Below the pieces are notes generated by a model that ran no database searches, was not told the DNA's origin, and was given only the letters and a program-made list of their open reading frames with translations. A stretch of DNA of 64,000 nt. It comes from Blepharisma stoltei ATCC 30299. Lineage: Eukaryota > Protista > Ciliophora. The stretch is taken from NCBI GenBank assembly GCA_965603825.1, contig CBFDEM010000011.1, forward strand, positions 868,001 through 932,000, read 5' to 3'. A program made the position numbers and the translations under genes. Of the stretch, positions 1-13,321 are shown in pieces (position 1 is the first letter of the stretch; the number at the start of each line of letters is the position of its first letter).

Positions 1-1
1 T

Positions 2-1453
2 CAACTTCCCAAATTTCCTGAAAAGAAACTTCTTGGGAAAAAAAACCATTCTTGCGTAGAAATAAGAAGGAGAAACCTTGAGCTATGAATCGCCTCCTCC
101 TTGAACTTCCCACAAACCTTCCAAGAATTAGCCGAATTTCTTGAAATTCCGGAAAAATTCCGTTCACTAATTTTTGAGCGGAATAATTCAACAGCCTGCA
201 AGTTCTCCCCTATTGAGCTATGTGTGGCAGCTTTTATTAAACGGATTGAGAAATCGGAACACAAAAGACTCAAAGCTTTAGAGCAGTTTGAAAGAGATTT
301 CTTTAATCAAAAACAAGAAATTTCACCACCAGTTGCAATTGTTTTGCTTACGAGGTTAATGCCATTGTGCGGGGTTCCAGGGATAGGGTCAAAAGCATTG
401 GATATTTTGAACAAGTTGACAAGCTCAACGACATTTAGGTATTACCAAACAATGATTGATTCAATGATGAGGATTAATATGGACCTATTTAGGGAAATGA
501 GATTAAATTTTCATCTTACAAGAGTTTTCCAAGGAGACTCTGCAGAATTAGCCCAACAGATATGTGGGAAAATCAAAGAGCAGCTGGGAGATAGTCATTT
601 ATTAAGTTATATTTTAAATGATGATAGAGATGCTATAATGGCGTTTGAAAATTGGAATGAGCATACTTTCCAGCCTCAAATGTCACCAAGATCTGCAAGC
701 GATAAAACAAGCTCGTCTTGGAAAAAGCTAAACACAGATGGATACCCTGGAAATTTAGAATTCGCTTATAGAAAATCAGGAAATTTGATTGAAGCGAGAG
801 CTGAGATGGAAATTAATGCATCAATTGATACAATAATAGAAATCATCACAGAAAAAAACCTTAGGAAAAAGTGGGATTTATTTATATCAACCTATGAAGT
901 TGTCGAAAAAATTAATGATAAACAATCAATAGTTTTAATAGTTTTCGTGTCAGATAGAAATGAAGTTATGGACTTGTCATTGCTGAGAACAATCAGCTAT
1001 GAGCCCGGACATGCAACAGTCCTCTATAGCTCCATTGATCACCCTAAAATTCCATTGCATCCTAACCATAAAAGAGTTACGTGCAGTGAAAGCAGATATG
1101 ATATTTATTTATTAAAGGGTCAAAAACTTAGGTCGAAAACTGACAGCACAGATGAGTCAGCAAGTCCTGAACTAAAAGTTAAGGACGAAGATGAGTTTAA
1201 GCCAAAATGCAAACTCGTTTACACAAATTATTTGACAAGTGATATGACTAGGTTCCTTTGTAGTGAATTTATTGAAGAAACAAATTATATTAAGGAAGCA
1301 TGAAAAAACATGAAAAAAGTAGCTGAAAATGAAGAAGAGTCAACACCAGATTTGGCTCAGAGATCAAAGGAAAATGTCATATTTGGAGCTCTACTTAAAA
1401 AGACAGGACCGACAAAGAGTGTGCATGAAGAAGCTAACACTTTTAATGAGTAA
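2..1453 (+). CDS. START (StAR-related lipid transfer) domain protein, 5'-partial
   Basis: Frame is open from the window edge through TGA 86-88 and 1301-1303 (read as Trp) to TAA 1451-1453. It has START-like motifs (RKKWD...YEVVEKI, DLSLLR, YSSIDHPKIP...HKRV). Confidence 0.75.
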
Positions 1454-1693
1454 ACATTGAAAATCAATGGCTATAAGTAAAATAAAGTAGATCTTCAGTA
1501 AATTTTAGATAAAAAATAATGTGAAATAAGCTTCTTTGGCATTATTTTGATAGCAGCATTCTATGAAATAATAGGAAATCTACTGATAAATATCTTGAGC
1601 TTATTTTTTAAATGTATATTTTGTTAATTTATTTTCAGGCCTCTACATCTTACTTTATTAGTGCTTTAAATATTAGTCTTATTTTATAATAAA

Positions 1694-3250
1694 TTAATTA
1701 TTAGCAGATTTTGTTTTGACCCCTAATATACACTTGTTTTGCAAAATTAGTTGTTTTTTACTCCCTAAAAACTCTTGACTTTCAATCCTATCTATTTGAG
1801 ACTGATTGCATTCTTCTCTATTTGTAGCAAAAGGTAGTAGAACTGTGCTAATCGCAGATTGGCTCTCTTGAGTGTCTTGCTTTTCTTCATTGTTCTCTTC
1901 TTCATCATCATTTTTGGTTAGAGCATTCCTAATTTCATTAATCTCAGCCTCTATATCTCAAGATTTTTTCTTCATTTTCAATACGATTGGAGGCTTTCTC
2001 ATTAATGGCTTTAATTGAATAGGCCGAATTTGAGTTTGATAGTTAGGTGTAGGAATTTCACTATCCTGAGAGTCTGCATGATATTCGCTTTCATTGAAAT
2101 TTTTCACAGCTCTAATTTGCTGGTAAACATTTGAAGGCTGGTTTGGTTTAAATTTTTTATAACTCATAGGAAAATTATCTTCATATTTCCTTTTCAGTCC
2201 AGCTCTGAATGGATTTTTTGTTAAAGGATGAACCTCTGATTCTGCTACCATTCTTGCTAATTCTGGTTCCAAATCTCTTCCTAGAAAATCAAGATCCCCA
2301 ATCTCTCTCATAATCCTTTCAACATCCATTTCATTAAGCATAACCATTTTCCTTTGAAAAGGATCATAAACTCTATGAAACTTAAAAGCATAAACTGCTT
2401 TTAAAAATTGTTTCTGGTAATCTTCTCTAATACTTGGCTCTATTTTCAGCTTTGCAGCAATTCTGTCTAACTCAATAGTTTGCGATATAATTTTATATGC
2501 AGTTTTAATTCCAACGTTTTTAAAACTTTTCAAATAATCACACCCGGCTAATATGCACATCATCATAAATTGTTCATGATTTCAATTTTTCATATTATAT
2601 TGCGTCAATTTATGCAAATTCCTTAAATCCATTTCCTTTAGTGACCCTCCTCCAGCTGTATCAAATTTATATAAAACTTTTTCACATCCAAATACAAGTA
2701 AATCGGAATCTTCACTGATAACAGCTGAAACATAGCCAATTTTATACAAATACGCGAGTTGGGCATCAGCTTCATATGGGGCTGTTATACATTCAATTCC
2801 ATAACTTTTTAATTCTTCAATTAACTCATTAGCCATATCTGGGGTTACAGAAACTGCTTTTGAATAAAATTTTTCAGCTTCTCTTATGTTTCCAGCTTCA
2901 TCTAAGGCAACTGCTTTGTCCATGGCTTCTTGACGAGTTTGTCGACGGTCGTGATTTGTATCAGCTTTGCATGGCATTGGGGCTCCATCGAAAACCATAA
3001 CAGGCTCTACACCGATTTTTCTTAATTCAAGGGCTTTCTTAACACAATAATCGATATGTCTTAATAAAAATTACCTTTTTGTGTTTTTTCCCTGAATAAG
3101 ATCTCGGCCGCATGAATAGACTGCTTTGTGAAGCCTATATAAATAATACCAACAATAGCTATCTATAGCAATTCTTTGACCTGAATATTCAGAAATATGC
3201 TTATCAATCAGTAAAGGTTTTAGAAATTGTAAAAGGCTTTGGATACCCAT
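1694..3250 (-). CDS. EXO1: Exonuclease 1 (XPG/Rad2 family)
   Basis: Starts MGIQSLLQFLKP...AIDSYCWLHKA and contains VFDG, APYEADAQLAYL, SEDSDLL and ILAGCDYL. 15-nt introns at 3135-3149 and 3060-3074; TGA=Trp at 2582 and 1958; stop TAA 1694-1696. Confidence 0.93.
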
Positions 3251-3569
3251 TTTAAATAATTATGAAATAGAAAAAGGGTGTTGAACGAGGAAAATAAGAA
3301 TTTTTTGAAAGAAAATTTAAAAATAAATTCCAAAAAAATATTTTCAGATTTATGAAAATCATCGATATAATATATTATTTTTTATAAGGTTTAGCTATAT
3401 TTATTCTAAAACAAAATTTTAAAACTTTTATAAGCCGATAAGTGATCTTAAATCTGTATTATTTAGCATAATAAGCTCTTCAGTCACTTATTTTTGATAA
3501 TACTGACCATTTTTAACCATTAAAAGCCATTTTCTTAAAAGTTGATCCTAACAGGTGCATAATAAAAAT

Positions 3570-4355
3570 ATGTGTAAAGTTAATGTGGAATGCAGACAAA
3601 GCGAAGAGTCTTGTGAATGCTTAAAAACTCTTCAATTGAAAAGAGTCAGCCCTTTGCAAGATATTATTTGTCCACAGCCAATGAGAACTTCTAAAAGTTT
3701 TATCCCATCCAGCCAGATAATCCAGATTCTTCAGCAGCAAAACGCTATGATTAAGCTTCTGACTGATCAAAATGAAGCAGCCAACAATAAGCTAACACGG
3801 CTTTTATCCAAGCTTGAATCACTAACTCAGAAAGACATAAGTCTACCACTTGCTGAATCCCCTGAAGAATCCACATCTTCGACTAGCCTATTATCAGTCC
3901 TTTGTGGGGGTTCCACTGAGTTTCAATACTTTATCAAGCTAACAAGTGAAGTTCCTGAGCCTGCTTATAAAGAAAGAGCCTTTATGCTGACAGCTCAAAT
4001 TATTGATGGTCAGGGAAATCAGGTGACCCTTCCTAGCAGCTTAAAATTCAAAATCATGATTTTCACTTCTGAAAATCCTCCAAAACTTTTATTAATAAAT
4101 ACATCAGGAGATAAAATCATGAGAGGAACAACTGAGGTAGAAAGCAATAGTCAAATAGTTTTTAGTAAAGTTGTGATCAAAGAGGTTACTTCTCATTTTC
4201 GAAATGGCTGATTTTACCTTGTGATTAAGCCTGTAGAAAATTCGAGCATTAAGCCTCTCATTATAGAAAACTTAGTAATAAAGGCGAGAAAAATGGATCC
4301 TGAAGGAAACTCAAGAAAAAAAGCAAAAATAGAGGAAGGTGTTGGATCCAGTTAA
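3570..4355 (+). CDS. Uncharacterised protein: coiled coil plus C-terminal beta-rich domain and basic tail (possible Ig-fold DNA-binding protein)
   Basis: ATG 3570; the frame continues through TGA 4209-4211 (FRNG-W-FYLVIKP) to TAA 4353-4355. Basic RKKAK near the C-terminus. Confidence 0.75.
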
Positions 4356-7094
4356 ATAGCTATAAATAAAATGTAAATAGTTAATAAAATTTGGTTTCAT
4401 TTTTAAAATATCAAGAAAACTTGAGAAAATTCTAGATCCACTCAACTTATATAAATAAGAATTATTAGTATTTTGTTAAAAACATATTAATCAATAATTA
4501 AAATACTTAAAATTTTTATAAATTCTTAAATTAGCATAAAAAAAGATTAATATTGTCAGCCTAATTATTTTATGAATATTGGTTCTGTCTGCTTTTCCAG
4601 AATATTCTTGATTTATATAGCATAATTTAGCATTCAAAATACGGAATTAAGAATCTATATACAAAGCAAGTTATTATTCAAGCAATATTCTTTGTAGAAC
4701 TTTAGTCTCATGGAAATTCTAATAAAATGACATTACTCTGTACAGTGATAATAAAACCTTCATAGAGTGCATAAGACGAATAATTAATATATTGAGAAGT
4801 TCAATAGATTAAGGCCATTATACTTATACAGTCATATACCCTTTCTTTTTAGGCAGTCGACGTTCTTAGCTCAAGATAATTTTCCAATTCCTTAAATTAA
4901 TTCCACTTGATACTTGAGATTTATTAATTCAGGAACTCAAATCGAGTTAATCAACTTTCTAGTTAATTAAGTGATGGGTTTCATATGAAGAGCTAAAATC
5001 TAGGATAAGCCATGCAGTATCTATTCATAAGAGTTCAAAAATATTAAAAAAATCTTTAATTTTATCGTTGATACTTTTATTGGTTATATAAAATCCAGTT
5101 CAGTTTTTATACAGAAGATACATATAATGCTAAAAACGCAGCAAGATCAGTATTGGAGGAAATTCAGGGATCTTAAAGTATTATATAAATCAAAACCTCT
5201 AAAAATATATAGGTTAACGATATCATAAACTTATTGGAAAATCACAGTTTGGCGAAGCTCTATTTCCTTTACTAAGGCCTCCCACCTGCTCGCTCGCATT
5301 TCACAATATCGTGAAGGTTGCTCCTGCAGGATGAGAGCTCATATTATCTACCGGAGTTAGAAGACTAGCGCTATCAAAACGCACGCTATTCAGGATTGCC
5401 CACTATCTATTAATAAAAATGGAATCTTAAGAGGGACGCAACGTACATTACCATATTGGGTAAGTTTCCAGATTGGCAAAGATATATGCTCTGGTACCTC
5501 TGGGAGAATCTTTCCAGTTTCTTGGCAGATTCCCAAATAAAAAAGCCTTCCCAGAATGAAATTTGGGCTATCAGTTCACCATTGCCACTTCGTCTACACC
5601 AATAAATTGCCTTTTCTTCAGAAATAAATATATTAAGAACTTGAAATGTTTCAGGAAAGTTTTTTTCTGATAATGCTGGCAATAAATATCTCGATTTGAT
5701 AGTTCCTGAAGTGATGCAGAAGCATATAAAATTATCCGTAAACAATTAAATGTTACAATTATCAAAGCAATCTAATAATTCCAGCATTTTCTGCAGATTT
5801 TGTTTTTTCCTTCATAAATCATAAATTTTATAATATAGCTGGCAAGTGCTTCACGGAACAATATATGCTTTAGAAGCTTAACATTTATGCGTGATAAGAA
5901 AAGCCTATTTTATAATTAAGATTATTCATATCGATATCTCATAGTAAATGCTAGAAATTTGTGCAATTTGCGGAAATTTACTATAGATTATAAATTTGAA
6001 AATAAATTCATATGATATCATGATAGAAAGCATCTTTAGAGTATTAAAATGACTGCTCTGGGTATATGTAATAGCTAATTGAAATATATTTATAAAATTC
6101 ATGATTGAACAATCTTTTCAATATAGAATTTGAGAGGATTCTAGTGGCATTTGAAATAAATATCTTGCATGTATAATCTAAGGTATATAGCAATAGTTTA
6201 ATAAAAAGCTATCCAAAGGTGAGTTGCATTCAATATCTTGTCTTTTGAATGCATTTGGGTAAAACCATTTAATGCTTGAATTTACACTTGATACAATTTC
6301 TTCCAATTAGTTATTCTTATTATAACTCTAAGATTGTCCATTTCGGCCATGAAAGGGATAAAAATCATAACATTTGCGTATAAAATTCGATGGTACTTTT
6401 TTCCTACCATATTTGCACCATTAGAAATTTTAGTAGTACTTTTTTCACATCTTTTTCTGTTGCCAGCCTTCTCCCTTAAGATCATAGCATCCTGGGATAT
6501 TCACTACAATAGTTAAGAAGGTGAGTGGATTTACTACGATATTTTAATCTATATCCTCAAAATATATACGTAAATATACTAAAAATAGAGTCAAAACTAG
6601 TTTCTTTATTATTGCTAGGCATTTCTGCTTTATATTTATATTGACAGATTTTTTGTTTAAATAATTTATGGAGCCGATTCTGATTATTAATTTCAAATTT
6701 TTTAGCATAAATTAATGATATAATTTCCTCTGTAGTAGGAATTATTAAAGTTTCTGTTTGCCAAAAACAAAATGGAAATATAAAAAGAAATTGTCTCTAA
6801 CATTAATTATATGAATGCAATTAGGAGCGAGTTTTAAAAACTTAAAAAATTGATATTTGATAGTCTAAAACTAAGAGAATTAGTTAAATTAATTAGCAGC
6901 AAATTCAGACTTGATACTCCTTTAATAATTTTTTTAAAATTGTCTAAGAGCTTAAATTTTAATTATGCATCATAAAACACAACCAAAGATGATTATAAAA
7001 TTTATAGAGAGGCTCTAAAAAGGATCGATTTTGAAGATGCTTAAAACGGATAAAATAAAACAATGGCTCAAATCGAATATATAAATAGCGAAGT

Positions 7095-7853
7095 ATGGAG
7101 AATAGTAGTGGAATAGGGAATCCAACGGATGACACTTTATTAGCTAATCCAAAAACTTCATACGATACATAAGAAAAAGATTCAGATTACGATTGGGATT
7201 GTGCGTGCCGTTGGTACGAAAAATATGGTTTTGCATTAAACTTTGAAGTTGATGAAAATTCAGAAGAAGTAAAAATGCCATCCCCCAAAAATGAGCCAGG
7301 GTCCCAGAGATTTTTGAGCTTTAAGATGACCAGGCTAAGGATTCCTCCTAAAAAGAAGCATCTCTGATTAAAGCTAATTAAAGGGCACCAAAAAATCATC
7401 CACAAGATCTCAAAGAGAATCTTCAAGATAAAAAATACAAGTGAGGTAATAATATGTAACCGATTGGAAGCACATTTTTGAGAAAATAAAGATATACTTG
7501 AAGAGTATCAAACTAAATCTGGGCCAATTAATGGCAAATTAGCTCAAAAAAGCTTGAATGAAGCTCTTAAGAAATATTTTCAGCACGAAGCAACTAAAGT
7601 ATCATTTTATTACTATATAGAGTTGATATTTTTAGAGCTTGATCCAGAAACTTTACGTAAAAAATTCCGGTTTGAGTGTTGTGAATTAAGGGATCATAGA
7701 GTATTTTGCACTGAAAAATGGACGGAACTTAAAAACTACTTACAAAGAACTATGTTCACAGATATAGGAATTCCCCTTTGAATTCCTATTAATGAGGCTC
7801 CACCTACTATTTCTGCAAATGAAAGCAAGAATTCAATGGATTATTTTCCATAA
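7095..7853 (+). pseudogene. Paralogue of 8881-9786 with an in-frame TAA at codon 26 (pseudogene, or N-truncated gene starting at ATG 7275)
   Basis: One frame from ATG 7095 to TAA 7851-7853, broken only by TAA 7170-7172. Shares HEATKVSFYYYIELIFL, CC-x4-H-x3-C and YLQRTM with the neighbouring copy. Confidence 0.7.
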
Positions 7854-8880
7854 ATATATTTAAGCAAACTGATCATGATTAAGATTGGCAGTTTCTGATA
7901 ATAGCAAAATAATTAAATTATTAATTTTTATCTAAATAAATCCTTCCATAAATGAAATGGTTTCTGCTATTTTCGAGATAATTGTTGAGTAACTATTTAA
8001 GAAATCTAATTTCTGATAATATTCTTGCAATTATTATGCGAAAAATACATAAAAATAACTTCAGTATAAGTAATAGAGATACTGTAATTCGAGTAAATAT
8101 AGATTATTTTCAGGCATATTTTACTGTGATTGAATATAAAATTTTTGGTATTTGATGTTAGTAATCGATAAAGATATAGAAAACTTAATTCAAGTAAAAA
8201 AATCTAAAAATTCATGAATTGCTATTATAAGATAAAACAATTAAGCAGATAGAGTAGTAACTTGTGAAGAGACACAATTAAAATAAAAAATTTGATGCGC
8301 TCTTATTTAAAGTATAGCGCAATAGTATAACTAATTGTGCTAAAGGCAACATTTTATTAATAAAATTTATAGAATAAATAAATAAAAACAATGGTTAGGG
8401 GAAATAAATATAAAATTTTAGCTCATATTTGCTCGCCTTCATTTCATTATCTACCATTACTATTCCACTTAATTCAATATTTCTTACCTTTTAAATTTTT
8501 CTTCAGCTCTTTTTAAATCTAAGCATTTTTATTATAATCGAAAATGGCTAAAATTTTTGTCATTGCAAATCTAGACTCAACACTCCATCTTATCCTATTA
8601 ATTTATACTTTTCAAAAATTGTAGAAGGATATCAAAATTATAGAAGGAATGCTTCCTTTTTATAAATTAAATACTCCTTTTATGTAAATTTATTATTTGA
8701 GCGCAAAAAACAACAAAAAATAACTTCCTAAAGCTTAAACTATTATTTATGCATCTAAAAAAGTAACACAAAATAAAAGATAATATTCCCAGTAAAGGCT
8801 ACAAAAACAGGTGATTTAGAAGACTTTAAAATGGATAAAGTGAAACCATGGTTTTCTAATAAATATATAAAGAGTGAACT

Positions 8881-9786
8881 ATGGAAGCGAATAGGGAAAC
8901 GGTGAAGCAAACTGATGCCACTGCAATAGGCACTCCAAAAATTTCAGCCCTTATGCAACAAGGATTCATACCACTTGATCCTAATTACAATTGGGCTGAC
9001 ATGTGCATTGATGAAAGCAACGGCGCCTATGAAAAAGACTCAGACAGCTATGAAAATTGAAGCAGCTCAATCGTCGAAGACTTAGTTTGAGAAGTGAAAA
9101 GGCCAGGCCGCAAAAAGGAGCCAGATTCCGAGCTACTTTCCCGCTTTAAAACAAAAAAAGGCATTCCTCCCAAAAAGGAGTATCTAAGATGCAAGCTAAT
9201 AAGAGGGCACAAAAAGCTCAACCGCCAAATCCAATCAGGGAATCTTTCAAGCAAGCACATCTGCGCTTTTAAGCAAGAAAGTCAAAGAGGGTTATTAATA
9301 TGGAACCGCTTACAACAGCATTTTTTTGCAAATAGAAACGTACTTGAAGTAGAGTCACAAACCGAATCTGGGCCAACCACTGATGGCAAGAAAAAAAGAA
9401 GAAAAATTGACAAGGCGACTCAAAAAAGCTTTAACGCAGCATTTATTAGGCACTATTTTAACCATGAAGCCACAAAAGTATCATTCTATTATTATATAGA
9501 GTTGATATTTTTAGACCTTGATCCAGGAATTTTATGTCAAAAATTCCAATTCCAGTGCTGTCAGTCGGAGAATCATTTCGATGCCTGCAGAGAAAGCTGA
9601 ATTGCACTTAAAAGTTACTTACAAAGGACTATGCTCACAGATTTAGGAATTCCGCCTTATATTCCAAAAGACGAATTTCTTCTATCTGCTTCTGCTCCTA
9701 CTTATGAGGATGAGAATTATAATGGATTATTTTCCACTTGTGCAGAGTTTCAAGACTTTGAATTAGAAAACCATTCGATTATTTAA
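8881..9786 (+). CDS. Uncharacterised basic protein with KRPGRKK, KKEYLRCKLIRGHKK and a CC-x4-H-x3-C motif (putative nuclear/DNA-binding)
   Basis: ATG 8881 to TAA 9784-9786 with three internal TGA. TGA 9598 aligns with TGG in the paralogue (ESWIALK vs EKWTELK). Confidence 0.8.
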
Positions 9787-10149
9787 GTAAATGGCCATGG
9801 TTAAGATTGTTAATTTCTAATAATAAAAGCATTGCTAAATCTTAAGTGCTATTTATCTAAAAGGATTTTATTAGAATAATAATTAGTTTGCTTATTTAAT
9901 AAGTCTAATAATATCTATATTGAAAATTATGGAATGGTATTAATTTAATATTTAAAAAAGCAATAAATTGAAAGAAATCCCTAAAATAATCAGCAGTCTT
10001 ATGTGCTTATAATTTTAAAAATATTAATACGACAAAGAAATTATAGGAGTTATTTAATAGGTTCTTAGTTTATACAAATTTATTAAAATATTTGATACTA
10101 TAATTAAACTTGCTAAAAACATTTTACTCATGCCTATATATAGAAAAAA

Positions 10150-10677
10150 ATGCTAGACCACGATGAATCAAAAGCAAAATTTATTAGACTGGGTATTATA
10201 GGCAATTGTGGCTGTGGTAAATCATCATTATTAAGACGAATCATTTCTGATGATTTTTCTCTTGAGCGGTCTAAAACTATTTATTGTGATTGGCCTAGGG
10301 TATCCTTGTTTCATTTGAATCGTGAACTTATATTTCAAATTAGAGATACTGCATCTCAAGAAAAATTCGGGCCAATGCCTCGTATGTTTTACTATAACTT
10401 GGATATAGTTCTAGTATTATTTGATGTTTGCAATCGTACATCGTTTGAAAATATTGAGACCTGAATTAAAGAGGCAAGAAGAAATAATTCAAAGGATGCA
10501 ATAATGATTGTTATTGGAAATAAAACCGATAAAGAAGATAGAGAAGTAACTTATGAAAAGGCATTTTTAAAATGCCAAGATTTGATGTGCTTTTATTTAG
10601 AGTATAGTGCAAAAAACAGATTTAATCATTCTAGCCTATGAAAAGCTATATGTGAAATATCATTAAGGCAATTGTAA
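10150..10677 (+). CDS. Divergent Rab-family small GTPase
   Basis: G1 GNCGCGKSS, G3 DTASQE, SFENIET-W(TGA)-IKE, G4 GNKTD, G5 SAK. Stop TAA 10675-10677. Confidence 0.88.
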
Positions 10678-11158
10678 AGCAATAACTTAAAAAAATTAAT
10701 AAATTAAGATCATAGCTAAGATAAAATTTAAATTAAATTATAAACCTCATTTTCACGCTTTTTATTTGCTATAAATAAATAATTTTTAAATAAGAAGCTG
10801 ACACTTTTATTATTAGATTTAATTTTAAATAAACTTATTTTTATTGAGCTGTCTTTTTTCATATTTCTTCTGATGATTTAAGCTATTTTTCGATAATAAG
10901 TAATTAATAGTATTTCCTATCTACCATTCTATACATTTCCTCAAAATCTCGGATTTAACCTATTGGGAGATCAAATAGTATCAAATAAATTGTATAATTC
11001 TGAATTAATGCAATGTGAAGCTCTGAGAGCGAAATTTTTAATTGGCTGCTCTCAAAAGTTTATTAAAATAGCAATGGAAGCATTTTACCTTTTATTTTTT
11101 AGTTTTTTAATTCGATACTGGGCTAATTTAGTAAATAAAAAAGAAACTTATAAATTTA

Positions 11159-13321
11159 ATGGAAAAATTAGAAAGCTTATGTTGGGAAGAAGAGGTGAAT
11201 GAGAAGTTTCAAATCCTTAAGCAGTTTTTTTATTATGTAATGGGCATTATTCTTTCATACTGAGGATTTGAGCTCGTTTTATCACTGCATCAGCATTCAC
11301 TGATTATCTCAAACGTTCCCTTTGGAGTTGTTCATTTACTTACCTGCCTATTATTAAGCTATACTGAAGGGAAAAATATGCGATGAAAAACAATAGTGCC
11401 AGTTTTAGTCACCGAATATAATTGCCTTATGTGGAAAGTTAAAAGTATGAATGAATCTCATAATATTGAATTACTTTTTGCATTGTTGTCTTTTGCGATA
11501 GTTAATATATGTGAGTGACCATTCATAAGGTCTTCTCTTATAAGAATATTGGTTTTATGCAAGGACTTATTTATATGGCATTATCATAAATATATAACAG
11601 GTGAAGTAATATTGACAACTAACTTAATGCCTCACCTTCTAGGGTTTTTAATAATTTTTTTGTGCGAACTGCGCTGCAGACATGTAAAAGCAAAAACCAT
11701 TGAAAGATTTCTTATAAGAAAAGGCTTCGAAAGTGCTGAAAAAAGGCTTAACCTTATTTTCAACTTATTTCCTGAAGGGATATTAATCTTATCAGAAAGG
11801 AAAGAAATTTTGTATTCCAATGAAAATCTTATGAAGCTACTGAACTGTAATATTGGTCAAGTTGTTCCAATAATTTCTTCAATGGAATATTGCCATGGGA
11901 GAAAGCATTCAAATTTGTCAAGTACAAACAAGTTAATTGATGACATTAACCTAATTCCAAATTTGGCAATAAACCAAGAAATCGTATTGGGTGTAAGCGA
12001 ATCTGAAAATTTGAGCATGGAATGGAAAGGCCAAAGGGTTTCTTGGGAAAATCAAAACGCAATATTGCTGACAGTAAGCAACGTAAATCATGTAATTGAA
12101 TTAGAAAAAACAGTTTCTGACAATAAATTGAAAAATATATTGCTAAGGTCTGTTTCTCATGAGCTAAGGACTCCTATAAATGCTATTGCATTTATGGCTG
12201 AATCATTAAAAGAAGAACCAGAAATCTCAAGCAATAAGTCGTGGAAAGAAAATTTGGACATGGTCTCTGTTTCATCTAAGCTTTTACTTTCATTAGTAAA
12301 TGACCTGCTTGACTATTCAAAAATACTTGCTGGAGCATTCTCTATCCAAAAATCAAGCTTTCTACTGTGAAATGCAATTCATGACACTGTCCAACTTATA
12401 AAAATGCAGGCAGAAAAAAAAGGCTTGAAGATTTTTACCAGAATTGATCCTCAGCTTCCGACTTTGATTTATACAGATCCTTTAAGGCTGAGCCAAGTTT
12501 TACTTAACCTTTTAAGTAACGCACTTAAATTCACACTGAAAGGCTCAATTGAGATCTGCTGCATGTCAAATACAAAGCAGCAATTAAGAATTACTGTTAA
12601 AGATACAGGAATTGGGATTCCTAAAGATAAACTGCAGGATTTATTTAAAGAGTTTAATACTCACCACAATAGAAGCTTAAATCCTTCAGGATGTGGGCTC
12701 GGGCTATTTATTTCTAACATAATCGCACAAGAATTAGGTGGGTCTTCAATTGAAGTAAAATCAAAGCAGCAAGTAGGGTCATCGTTTACAGTCTCAATTG
12801 ATATACTAGAAGACCAATCTGAACAGCCAAATCTCATTTATGAAGAAAATCAAGAAATATCAGCAACTTTATCAGAAGAAAGCGAATATATTTCTATAAA
12901 AGATTTTAATGCTTTAATACAGTCTGAAGTCACACAAGTTTTGGTCGTCGATGATAACGATTTTAATAGGATAGTGATGGGTTCTTTACTTGGAAGCCAT
13001 AAAATTTTATTCAATGAAGCATGCACTGGGAAACAGGCCGTCAAGATGGTGGAAGAGATGAGTAACAAAAAGAAGCCTTATAAGCTTATCGTAATGGATG
13101 GAAGCATGCCTGAGATGAATGGATGGGAAGCAGCCAAAAATATAGGAGAAATGTATAATCAAGGCATTATTGATTATCTTCCTACTATTATTGGATACAC
13201 TGCTTTTACTTCAGATGCGGAACTTTCTCTTTGTATAGAGTCAGGGATGAAAGAATGCATCATAAAACCGTGCAAAGCTGAAGTCCTGATTGATAAAATA
13301 CTCAAATACTTGTCAAAATAA
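11159..13321 (+). CDS. Membrane-anchored hybrid histidine kinase (TM region, PAS-like, HisKA, HATPase_c, receiver)
   Basis: Single frame from ATG 11159 with TGA=Trp. H-box SHELRTP, N-box NLLSNALKFT, G1 DTGIG, G2 GCGLGL, receiver VVDD...MDGSMP...KP. Confidence 0.93.

Noticed and set aside
5410-6516. Short track ORFs at 5410-5765 and 6282-6516
   Set aside because: They use non-ATG starts or show no recognisable motifs, consistent with chance ORFs.
10963-11202. 79-aa ORF upstream of the first histidine kinase
   Set aside because: It has a TTG start, AT-rich composition and overlaps the kinase start in another frame.
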